Shown: positions 1 through 7,480 of the stretch, piece by piece
Numbering within the stretch: the first letter of the stretch is position 1
Layout of the letters: every line of letters begins with the position of its first letter
DNA from: a virus
Lineage: Duplodnaviria; Caudoviricetes
DNA length: 64,000 bases
IMG/VR virus record: IMGVR_UViG_3300021255_000054
Reading direction: 5' to 3' (one strand)
The notes under the pieces: model-generated
Databases searched by the model: none
Seen by the model: the letters and a program-made list of their open reading frames with translations, nothing else
Told to the model about the DNA's origin: nothing
Made by a program: the position numbers and the translations under genes

Positions 1-211
1 GAGGTACGATTGTTGTTCAGCTGACAACCCAGTGGATGGATTTGACGCATCCCGTGCTACTACTGCGAGAGGGTACACGCTTAGGCTTTGCATGCGGACC
101 ACGGCCCACGAAGGTAGCGCATTATCTTATGTACCAAGTGTACAAAGAGTTTTCGGATACGCGAAAGCGTATCTTGTGTCCAAATTAAGTTCAAATCTTA
201 ATATGGGCCCT
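1..211 (+). ncRNA. 3' part of a structured, tRNA-like RNA truncated by the window edge
   Basis: GC-rich non-coding stretch with hairpins (GATACGC-GAAA-GCGTATC, ~156-173), ending in a T-arm (TTAAG-TTCAAAT-CTTAA, 185-201) followed by TATGGGCCC; 5' end not visible. Confidence 0.4.
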
Positions 212-293
212 TTACTTCGCAACCAGGAACGTGCTGGCCAATTCCACAAATATTGCGGCAAGTTTTCGGGTTCTTGCTAAAAATCCCGTCCAT

Positions 294-367
294 ACCTCTC
301 TAATCCAACTGGAAGAGATAGCACGCTAAGAACGTGTACAGTATGAGTTCAAATCTCATGAGAGGTA
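294..367 (+). tRNA. tRNA-Leu(AAG), short variable loop
   Basis: ACCTCTC/GAGAGGT acceptor; anticodon arm GCACG-CTAAGAA-CGTGT; T arm ATGAG-TTCAAAT-CTCAT. Confidence 0.75.
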
Positions 368-401
368 CTTAGTAATCCGGAAAATATAGTATCTGAATTA
401 T

Positions 402-474
402 CTCCCGTTAGTCTAAGGGATTAGAACGAGTGACTACGGATCACTAGATGGGCGTTCGAATCGTCCACGGGAGA
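402..474 (+). tRNA. tRNA-Arg(ACG)
   Basis: CTCCCGT/ACGGGAG acceptor; AGTGA-CTACGGA-TCACT; TTCGAAT loop. Confidence 0.9.
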
Positions 475-487
475 TTCTGACAGGAAC

Positions 488-601
488 GTAGTGTAGAGGT
501 TCGAATCCTCATGCAGTGGGTGGAAGCCGTTAGTTGGTCACTAACGCTCGCTGCACGGATATAGGCGATACCGCGTTTGGCAAGATCACCGCTTGCACTG
601 T
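488..601 (+). ncRNA. circularly permuted tRNA-like RNA (YrlA/Y-RNA-like topology)
   Basis: closing stem GTAGTGTAG/TTGCACTGT; T arm GAGG-TTCGAAT-CCTC first, then a loop-closed acceptor-like helix TGCAGTGGG/CTCGCTGCA, then a D-like arm. Confidence 0.45.
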
Positions 602-609
602 TTATTTAT

Positions 610-682
610 GCTCGGTTAACTCAGCTGGGAGAGTACCTGCCTTACAAGCAGGATGTCGGCGGTTCGAGCCCGTCACCGAGTA
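610..682 (+). tRNA. tRNA-Val(TAC)
   Basis: cloverleaf; CCTGC-CTTACAA-GCAGG. Confidence 0.93.
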
Positions 683-685
683 CAT

Positions 686-757
686 ATCTCTCTGGCGTAA
701 TGGTAGCGTAGCAGACTCTTAATCTGTCAGGTAAGGGTTCAAATCCCTTGGGAGGTA
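686..757 (+). tRNA. tRNA-Lys(CTT)
   Basis: GCAGA-CTCTTAA-TCTGT; T arm AAGGG-TTCAAAT-CCCTT. Confidence 0.88.
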
Positions 758-895
758 CTTATAATATTTATTAGAAGGTGATTGATATGAAATCTATTGA
801 AGATATATTTGATATGCTTGATCTCTTCTATGCTAACAAACATTACCATGATAGGTTGAAACGTCAGTATGAGAGGAGAAAAGAAAAAGAAATAT

Positions 896-967
896 GCGCG
901 TGTAACCAAGTGGTAAGGTAATGGACTTTTAATCCATGAGTCGCAGGTTCGATCCCTGTCACGCGCA
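896..967 (+). tRNA. tRNA-Lys(TTT)
   Basis: GCGCGTG/CACGCGC; ATGGA-CTTTTAA-TCCAT. Confidence 0.92.
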
Positions 968-971
968 CTAT

Positions 972-1043
972 GCCGGTGTGGTCCAACGGAAACGACAAGA
1001 GACTTCTAATCTCTTGATTAGGGTTCGACTCCCTACTCCGGTA
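972..1043 (+). tRNA. tRNA-Arg(TCT)
   Basis: AGAGA-CTTCTAA-TCTCT; TTCGACT loop. Confidence 0.9.
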
Positions 1044-1045
1044 CT

Positions 1046-1118
1046 GTGCTAGAAGCCGAAGCGGATAGGCCGCAGATTGTGGCTCTGCGTGTAATGGGTT
1101 CGAGTCCCATCTAGCACC
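1046..1118 (+). tRNA. tRNA-His(GTG)
   Basis: GTGCTAG/CTAGCAC; GCAGA-TTGTGGC-TCTGC. Confidence 0.9.
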
Positions 1119-1124
1119 CTTTAT

Positions 1125-1199
1125 GCCGAGGTAGCCAAATGGCAAGGCTGGAGACTGAAAATCTCCCATGTGGTGGTTCAATTCCACCCCTCGGCACCA
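1125..1199 (+). tRNA. tRNA-Phe(GAA)
   Basis: GGAGA-CTGAAAA-TCTCC; encoded CCA. Confidence 0.93.
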
Positions 1200-1203
1200 A
1201 TAT

Positions 1204-1231
1204 TTGACTTTTTTTAATTTTCATGTATAAT
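1204..1231 (+). promoter_or_regulatory. sigmaA-type promoter
   Basis: TTGACT-N16-TATAAT. Confidence 0.75.
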
Positions 1232-1254
1232 ATATATGAAAGGATGAGGAATAT

Positions 1255-1461
1255 ATGTTGCATACACTTATTTATACTACTAAAGATCGTGGTACGGCTA
1301 TTCTTAACATGGAAGATATTACAATGGTACGTCCTGCAGATGAAGAAGGTATGATTGAATTTGTCATGCGTGGGTATAAAGTATTAAAAGTGCCTGGTGA
1401 TATAAAAAAGTTAGCTAATATTTATGAAAGTCTCACTGGCACGTATTTTTATAGTGAATAA
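1255..1461 (+). CDS. hypothetical protein
   Basis: ORF with GAGGA RBS after promoter. Confidence 0.65.
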   Translation: MLHTLIYTTKDRGTAILNMEDITMVRPADEEGMIEFVMRGYKVLKVPGDIKKLANIYESLTGTYFYSE

Positions 1462-1480
1462 TAATATGAATATTAATATA

Positions 1481-1552
1481 GGTTCCAATCCTCGTCGGCC
1501 GGGGTACGGTCTGCAAAACCGTGGTTAGTGAGTCCGACTCTCACTGGAACCT
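1481..1552 (+). tRNA. tRNA-Cys(GCA)
   Basis: GGTTCCA/TGGAACC; ACGGT-CTGCAAA-ACCGT. Confidence 0.85.
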
Positions 1553-1559
1553 CTTTTAT

Positions 1560-1635
<76 letters not shown>

Positions 1636-1639
1636 TTAT

Positions 1640-1713
1640 CGGGGTATAGTACAGCTTGGTAGTACGTCTGATTTGGGATCAGAAGGCCGCAGGTTCGAAT
1701 CCTGCTACTCCGA
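1640..1713 (+). tRNA. tRNA-Pro(TGG)
   Basis: TCTGA-TTTGGGA-TCAGA. Confidence 0.93.
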
Positions 1714-1719
1714 CTTTTA

Positions 1720-1787
1720 AGACTCAGACAGCAATATTTTAAAGCACTGCACAACATTTTCCCTTAGTGCAAGGGACGAGTCTAGTT
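1720..1787 (+). ncRNA. CAGCAA-stem RNA, copy 1
   Basis: AGACTC..CAGCAA ... GAGTCT-AGTT; internal CCCTT-AGTGC-AAGGG hairpin whose loop is complementary to upstream GCACT. Confidence 0.55.
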
Positions 1788-1808
1788 TTTAATATAAAGG
1801 AGAATTAT

Positions 1809-2942
1809 ATGAACATTGTAAATGCAGGTAGCCGTTTTCAAGTATTTGGTGAAGATGTGAAGACGTTTCGTAATCTTCCTATTGGTACTTATACTATTAA
1901 TTTTCATCCTATGCAGGGCTTCTATCTAACTTCTCACGAAGATTTAACTGTAATTGAGGATGTAATTTATGGTAGTAGTCAAAAGAAAGTAACTAAAATT
2001 ATGCAATCATATAAACTTATGAATGGGCGTAATTTTGGTGTACTTCTTTCTGGCCAGAAAGGTATTGGTAAAAGCCTTTTTGTGCGCCTTGTTGCGCAAG
2101 AAGGTATTAAAGAAGGCTATCCTGTAATTGTAGTAGATAGTGCTGCGCCTGGAATTGCATCTTTTATCTCCTCAATCGCGCAAGATTGTGTTGTTATTTT
2201 CGATGAATTTGAAAAAACTTTTAGAGATACTGATGAATGGAAGCCACAAGATGAAATGCTTTCACTATTTGATGGTATTGATGGTGGTCATAAGTTATTT
2301 ATTGTAACTTGTAATGAGCTTGATAATCTTAGTCAGTATATGATTAATAGGCCAGGACGTTTTCATTATCATATTACAATGAAACCACCTACAATGGAAG
2401 AAGTAGAACAGTATATGCGCGATAAGGTTAATCCTAAATATGAAACTGCTATTCAGGATGTAGTACAGCTTTCTGGCGCGATTGAAATGCCCTATGATTA
2501 CTTACGCGCGATTGCCTTTGAACTTAATCAGGGTTATAGTTTAAAGGAAACGATGCAGGATCTTAATATTACTAAGGCTAATAATCTTACTTTCGATATT
2601 AAGGCTTATCGTAAGGATAATGCCGTATATGAAGCTTGGAATATCACACTTGATCTAACATCTCGTAGATATGAGTGGCTTACAGTTAATAATTATGATA
2701 CTGCAACAGGTCGGCGCGATAGTGTTAGCATTCAGATTTGTCCTTCTAAGGCGCATCTAATTGGTAGTGAGTATATCATTAATGAAGGTATCATTAATCA
2801 TAAGTATGATGCTGATGATTTCTGGGAAGATGATGATGAAGTTGCCAAGAAGAAGGCTCAAGAAGCTAATGAAAAGTGGATTTTTGATAGAATTGTATTA
2901 ACTCGTGTTAAAACTTATGGATCAGATAGATATCTGGTCTAA
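1809..2942 (+). CDS. AAA+ ATPase
   Basis: Walker A GQKGIGKS, Walker B IFDEFEK, NRPGRF; start at ATG after AGGAG. Confidence 0.9.
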   Translation: MNIVNAGSRFQVFGEDVKTFRNLPIGTYTINFHPMQGFYLTSHEDLTVIEDVIYGSSQKKVTKIMQSYKLMNGRNFGVLLSGQKGIGKSLFVRLVAQEGIKEGYPVIVVDSAAPGIASFISSIAQDCVVIFDEFEKTFRDTDEWKPQDEMLSLFDGIDGGHKLFIVTCNELDNLSQYMINRPGRFHYHITMKPPTMEEVEQYMRDKVNPKYETAIQDVVQLSGAIEMPYDYLRAIAFELNQGYSLKETMQDLNITKANNLTFDIKAYRKDNAVYEAWNITLDLTSRRYEWLTVNNYDTATGRRDSVSIQICPSKAHLIGSEYIINEGIINHKYDADDFWEDDDEVAKKKAQEANEKWIFDRIVLTRVKTYGSDRYLV

Positions 2943-2943
2943 T

Positions 2944-3030
2944 GGCGGGTGAACCCTGCGAGGTGTGGGACCTGTCTCGAAAACAGTGGGAGCTGTAAGG
3001 CTTGTGGTTCGAGTCCACCGCCCGTCGCCA
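2944..3030 (+). tRNA. tRNA-Ser(CGA)
   Basis: CTCGAAA loop, long variable arm, CCA. Confidence 0.88.
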
Positions 3031-3110
3031 TCGCTAAGAGAATTCAGAGAGTATAGAAATGCAGCGCGTGGGCACTATACTCGGGTGGGTTAAATTCCCA
3101 CGGCGTACTT

Positions 3111-3197
3111 GTAGGAGAATCTCGGTGTGGACTGAGGCTCGCCTGGAAAGCGATGCGTCCGTGATAAACGGATGAGGTTCGACTCCTCTCTCTTACG
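3111..3197 (+). tRNA. tRNA-Ser(GGA)
   Basis: CTGGAAA loop, long variable arm, G73. Confidence 0.88.
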
Positions 3198-3399
3198 CTA
3201 CCCAGCCAGTAATAGGGTCTTCGGCACGCTAAGTTCACTGGCGACTTGTGCCTGTTTTATTCGGCGGTGATATTATGGGTTTCTATTGTAAAAGAAAAAC
3301 AAGTAAATCTAAAAGAAAAAATGTTGGATGTAAAGGCTGTATGTATTATCAAAAGGTACATTGGCCTGGAAGAGAAAAACGTTGGAGGTGTACTTGTTA

Positions 3400-3675
3400 A
3401 TGAGAAATTTAGCAGAGAAACGTCATAACGATTGGACAAAAGCTATTCGTAAAAAGAAAATAATTAATGCCTATGGCTGGGATTATTATGATAATCTACA
3501 TCAATATAGTAAGAATAAAATTCATTGTTCTTGCCCAATGTGTAGTAAAAAAACAAATAATAAACATCATTCTGGCGCGAGAGGATATGAACCTTCTAAA
3601 AATTGGTCTGAAACTGATAAACGCAAATTAGATGATATGAGACAACAAGAACTTGACTTCGAAGAAAATTTATGA
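3400..3675 (+). CDS. hypothetical phage protein (HCSCPMC Zn motif)
   Basis: ORF with GGAGG RBS. Confidence 0.7.
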   Translation: MRNLAEKRHNDWTKAIRKKKIINAYGWDYYDNLHQYSKNKIHCSCPMCSKKTNNKHHSGARGYEPSKNWSETDKRKLDDMRQQELDFEENL

Positions 3676-3681
3676 TATAAT
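3653..3681 (+). promoter_or_regulatory. sigmaA-type promoter upstream of CAGCAA-stem RNAs
   Basis: TTGACT-N17-TATAAT, about 12 nt before copy 2. Confidence 0.75.
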
Positions 3682-3693
3682 TTTATTAAAGAA

Positions 3694-3789
3694 AAGGCCA
3701 TTACAGCAAAATTTTTATAAGGATAAAAGATATGTTGATGTTACATAGCTGAGATGGTTCAAGTCCATCAAAATTTAAATGGCCTTGTT
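3694..3789 (+). ncRNA. CAGCAA-stem RNA, copy 2 (contains a T arm)
   Basis: AAGGCCATT-ACAGCAA ... GATGG-TTCAAGT-CCATC ... AATGGCCTT-GTT. Confidence 0.6.
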
Positions 3790-3791
3790 TT

Positions 3792-3915
3792 TAGACTCTT
3801 CAGCAACTTAAGTATACTTAACTCGCCATGTTAGAGTTTTTAGCTTAATTGGTAGAGCGCCCTATTTTAGATAGGGAGATGTGGGTTCAAGTCCCAGTTA
3901 ATACAGAGTCTAGTT
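3792..3915 (+). ncRNA. CAGCAA-stem RNA, copy 3 (D, anticodon and T arms, no acceptor stem)
   Basis: TAGACTCT-TCAGCAA ... GCTT-AATTGGTA-GAGC, CCCTA-TTTTAGA-TAGGG, TGGG-TTCAAGT-CCCA ... AGAGTCTA-GTT. Confidence 0.6.
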
Positions 3916-4079
3916 TTATATTATTTGAAAGGATATTATGGAAGAAGAGATTTTAGAACCATTAGTAGTAGAAGGCATTATGGATGATGAAGAATTGAAA
4001 GAAAAAGGGAAAGAATTAGATTTACTTTTTGATCGACTTTGGCAAGCAATGTTAAAAGATACTGGTTTATTTGATAAAT

Positions 4080-4166
4080 GACAGTGTGGCTGAGTGGGCG
4101 AAAGCGGCGGTTTGCTAAACCGTTGTCCTTGTACAGGGACCGAAGGTTCGAATCCTTCCACTGTCG
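4080..4166 (+). tRNA. tRNA-Ser(GCT)
   Basis: GGCGG-TTTGCTAAA-CCGTT arm, long variable arm. Confidence 0.9.
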
Positions 4167-4341
4167 TATATTAAAAGATAGGTGACTTAAATGAGAAGTG
4201 ACAATTCTAATATAAAAAGAATAGAAATCAAACATATGTTTGAATGTACTTGTTGGAATTGTAAGTAGTTTAAAGAAGAAAAAGAACAAAAGGAAATTAA
4301 AGAATCAGAAGATAAAGAAGATAATGCACCAGAACCGTGTT

Positions 4342-4510
4342 AATGCGGTGGCGGAAGAGGTAAACGCTGCGTCGTGAGACTACGGTAGTTACTTAATTCA
4401 TGGCCGAGATTGAAAAAGATCACTGACAGCCACTAATAGATAGGAATATTAGTAGAGATGGAGAGCGAAAAAACGTATGTCATGTAAGGTGCAAATCCTT
4501 GCCCGCATTT
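4342..4510 (+). ncRNA. tRNA-like RNA with ~110-nt insert replacing the anticodon arm (copy A)
   Basis: AATGCGG/CCGCATT acceptor; TGGCGGAAGAGGTAAACGC D region; CATGTAAGGTGCAAATCCTTGC T arm; paralog at 50308. Confidence 0.6.
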
Positions 4511-4512
4511 AT

Positions 4513-4669
4513 AGTCCCTTAGCGTAATGGTAGCGCAACGGACTTGTATGGGTCGTCTAGGTTGGAAGGCCGGCTCGGTGTATTAGAATACACAGATGAG
4601 AAGAAGTGAGTTCGATCCTCACCCCATGCATTGACTCCGTATGTGATGGTCCGATTCCATCAGGGACTG
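4513..4669 (+). tRNA. tRNA-Gln(TTG) interrupted in the anticodon loop by an 86-nt nested tRNA-like insert
   Basis: AGTCCCT/AGGGACT acceptor, GCGT/GCGC D arm, ACGGA/TCCGT anticodon stem; loop CT|TTGAC split by 4545-4630. Confidence 0.8.
4545..4630 (+). ncRNA. nested tRNA-like element (putative intron)
   Basis: TGTATGGG/CCCATGCA acceptor, GTCT-AGGTTGGA-AGGC D arm, GTGAG-TTCGATC-CTCAC T arm, irregular anticodon arm. Confidence 0.75.
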
Positions 4670-4696
4670 CGAATATTTAATAAAGAGATTAGACGT

Positions 4697-4945
4697 ATGA
4701 TTTTACACGGAAAAGAAATTACAGTACAAGTCGATAATATAGAACCATTCATTAATGAAAAATATGTAGGTTTTAAAATTTTATGGAGTGGTGATATTGG
4801 CTTTGGAGAATATACTATTTATAGGAAAGTTAATGAAAATAAATGGTATGTTGATGATGAATATATGGAAAATCCAAAAAATGATAGAACTTTTTTAAAA
4901 TTATTATGCGAAAATTTTATAAAACAGCTTGAGGAAATTGAATGA
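4697..4945 (+). CDS. hypothetical protein
   Basis: ORF; true start downstream of tRNA-Gln. Confidence 0.6.
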   Translation: MILHGKEITVQVDNIEPFINEKYVGFKILWSGDIGFGEYTIYRKVNENKWYVDDEYMENPKNDRTFLKLLCENFIKQLEEIE

Positions 4946-5385
4946 CATTATATACTTCTTATTTTGCTCAATTAAGAAATTTTCCACCTAATCTCGTAGG
5001 GCTCTCAACCGCAGTTTGGGAGCCCAAATGGCTTTAGCCCGGTAAAGACAAGAATGGAGCTATATGGCTTCCCATTCCTCCATTAAAGCCCGGAAAATCT
5101 TGTGATGGGCTATGCAATGGAAAATGTAATCCTAAGCATCCGCAGGATTGCTCTTTCTTAAAAGAGTATCGTAAACAATTAGATCAAATTAATTTTGAAG
5201 ACTTCTTACGTCAGCTATTAGAATTACGAGATAAAATTCGTGCTGGCGAACATTTAGATGATGTTGATTTTGCGCTATTAGTATATGAAGTTCCACAAAA
5301 TCAATGTAGTGAACGTGTCGTAATTCAATAGTGGTTTAAAGATCATGGAATGGAAATTGAAGAATGGCAGAAACTGAAATCTTGA
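4942..5385 (+). CDS. DUF488-like protein (2 TAG read as Gln)
   Basis: MTLYTSYFAQ ... LLVYE-x-C-x-R pattern; open only with TAG readthrough. Confidence 0.65.
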
Positions 5386-5592
5386 AACAAGCCTTGGCTT
5401 TTAATAAAAGTTTTATGCGTGCTTGTTATCATCCTAAGGCCCGTGTGCGAAAAAAGAATTATAAGCGCGCGAAACGTATTATGAATTGGCAATGTAAAAT
5501 TTATGGACATATGTTAGTTCCACAAGAATGGTTAAAGACTTGACTTTTCATAAAAATTATACTATAATTTTTATAGAAAGAAGGTGAGAGTA

Positions 5593-5955
5593 ATGTTCAG
5601 ATACAGTATGAAATCTCATAATCGACGTAAGCATCAACGTTGGGTCAACCGACATTGTCGTTATGTCAATAAATCTATTGAGAATGATGATTTATGGCTT
5701 GGTCGCTTTTATATTAGTCAAAATGGTTCTTTTATGGACTGGTTTGATGACAAGAGCGGCGGTTTAATGTATGTTAACATTACTATGCATGATAAAAAAA
5801 CAGGACGTACTCATACTGAATGGTATGATGGCCTTGAATTGGAATATAGGCTTTGGTGGGACTTGAATAATTTTATTGTTGATGATTGTAAAGTCTGGGA
5901 AGAAGTTCCAGATATTCGTACCAACCGTATTGATTATAGAAAGAAGGTAAAATAA
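5593..5955 (+). CDS. hypothetical protein
   Basis: ORF after a sigmaA promoter at ~5540. Confidence 0.7.
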   Translation: MFRYSMKSHNRRKHQRWVNRHCRYVNKSIENDDLWLGRFYISQNGSFMDWFDDKSGGLMYVNITMHDKKTGRTHTEWYDGLELEYRLWWDLNNFIVDDCKVWEEVPDIRTNRIDYRKKVK

Positions 5956-6154
5956 TGTTTAGATATCATGTAAAGTATTGGGACGAAGATATTGAGGAAC
6001 CTCAAGAAGAGAAGGGCCTTTGCGGCGCAAAAGATTATGGTCATGCCGCTCAGCGCATTGCTGACTTTTATGGTAAAGATAACATTGTAGAAATGACTCT
6101 TTATGAAACTGAAGATATTCTTCCCGATGGTCATCTATCGGATTGAATATAGAT

Positions 6155-6440
6155 TAGCGATCTTATCGCTATGCATCGCCTCCTTAATGATGCAACAAAT
6201 GTCTGAAAGCGAGCGTTGGCTTCGGCTCGGTAAATATTAGCCAATAGCTATATTCTGTGGAGGTACCAGTCACTCCACTGTGCACAAAATAACGACTGTG
6301 TATCATAGGTGCGATGGCGGGAACACCTAAAATTAACCGCCGAGTGGCGCCAGTGGGATAATGCGTTCAGACCGCAAAAGTCGCCCCTTAAGACTGGCAA
6401 ATTTACTTCGGGACGGTTTTCATACCGTCCCAATTTTTTA
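6155..6440 (+). ncRNA. unknown structured RNA ending in an intrinsic terminator
   Basis: many complementary pairs (GTCTGAA/TTCAGAC, TTGGCT/AGCCAA, GTGGAG/CTCCAC, TAGGTG/CACCTA plus GGCGG/CCGCC pseudoknot, GCCAGT/ACTGGC); terminator GGGACGG-TTTTCATA-CCGTCCC followed by a T run. Confidence 0.55.
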
Positions 6441-6982
6441 TTTGACTTTTTTTTGAAATTATATTATAATTTTTATGTAAGGAAGAGAAAGGAAATAAAA
6501 AATGAAAGTTAAGAGAGAAAAAGCATTTAGCGGTATTATTCATCGTGATGAACCTAAAGTTATACCTTGTATGTGCCCATCTTGTGGTGCAATCTTTCTT
6601 TTACATACTGATATTATTCCTAAGACAGACCGCGTTGGTCCTTGTCCTAATTGTGATACAATTCATAGTTGGAATGCATTTACAATTAGTCCTATTAAAT
6701 ATAAATTTATAAGATATTGGCGTATGAGAGATGGGGAGGCTTAATATGAAAAATCCACTTAGCTATGTAACTGAAGGTAATATTTTTACAGGTAAAGAAA
6801 TTAACGATTGGTGTCGTTCTCAATTACACAAAGCTCCGGCTTATGCCGCTCGTGAAGCACGTCGTCTTCTTCGTAAAAATTATAAAGATGATAGATTGTA
6901 TACTAATGAATGGACATGCCGCGATAGTGGTAGCGGTTCACCTTTGATGATGGTTTTTCGGCGTTATAAGGAGGAATAATTA

Positions 6983-7480
6983 ATGCCTACTTTATATATT
7001 ATGTGTGGTCCTTCTGCAAGTGGTAAATCTACTTGGGCTAAGCAATTTATGTCAGATCATCTTGATGAAGATATTCGTTATGTTTCTAGAGATGAAATTC
7101 GTTTCGCACTTATCGGTGAGAATGATAAATATTTTGTGCGAGAAAAAGATGTATTCCGTAAATTTTCTACTACAATTGCGCAGACACTTGTAGATGGATT
7201 TGATGTAATTGCAGATGCAACTCATCTTAATGAATTTTCGCGCCGTAAGCTTACACAGGCAATTGATTATTATACTAAAGATTATGAAATTGTATATGTA
7301 AGTTTCAATGTGGATACAGATCTTTGCCTTGAGCGTAACTCTCACCGTGAAGGACGTGCAAATGTGCCTGAAACTATTATTCGTAATATGTGCAGAGATT
7401 ATAAAGAACCTGTACTTAATGAAGATGAACGAGCGAAGGAAGTGATTCATGTATATGCCGGAAATTTTCCTGACCAGTGA
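6983..7480 (+). CDS. polynucleotide kinase (AAA_33 / Pnk-like)
   Basis: GPSASGKST, VSRDEIR, DATHL, RNxxREG motifs. Confidence 0.88.
   Translation: MPTLYIMCGPSASGKSTWAKQFMSDHLDEDIRYVSRDEIRFALIGENDKYFVREKDVFRKFSTTIAQTLVDGFDVIADATHLNEFSRRKLTQAIDYYTKDYEIVYVSFNVDTDLCLERNSHREGRANVPETIIRNMCRDYKEPVLNEDERAKEVIHVYAGNFPDQ

Noticed and set aside
321-337. CTA in the loop of the tRNA at 294-367 as an amber suppressor
   Set aside because: With the 5-bp stem the loop is CTAAGAA, so the anticodon is AAG; CTA occupies positions 32-34
32-1187. Track ORFs 32-280, 534-722 and 864-1187
   Set aside because: They overlap tRNAs or structured RNA and lack an RBS
4545-4630. Group I intron in tRNA-Gln
   Set aside because: Only 86 nt, no catalytic core or terminal G, and it folds as a tRNA
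4631-4696. N-terminal extension of track ORF 4631-4945
   Set aside because: It overlaps the 3' half of tRNA-Gln; the likely start is ATG 4697
6380-6450. tmRNA tag region (ACTGGCAAA resume-like motif after a pseudoknot)
   Set aside because: No tRNA-like ends, and the frame does not end in an ..AA degradation tag
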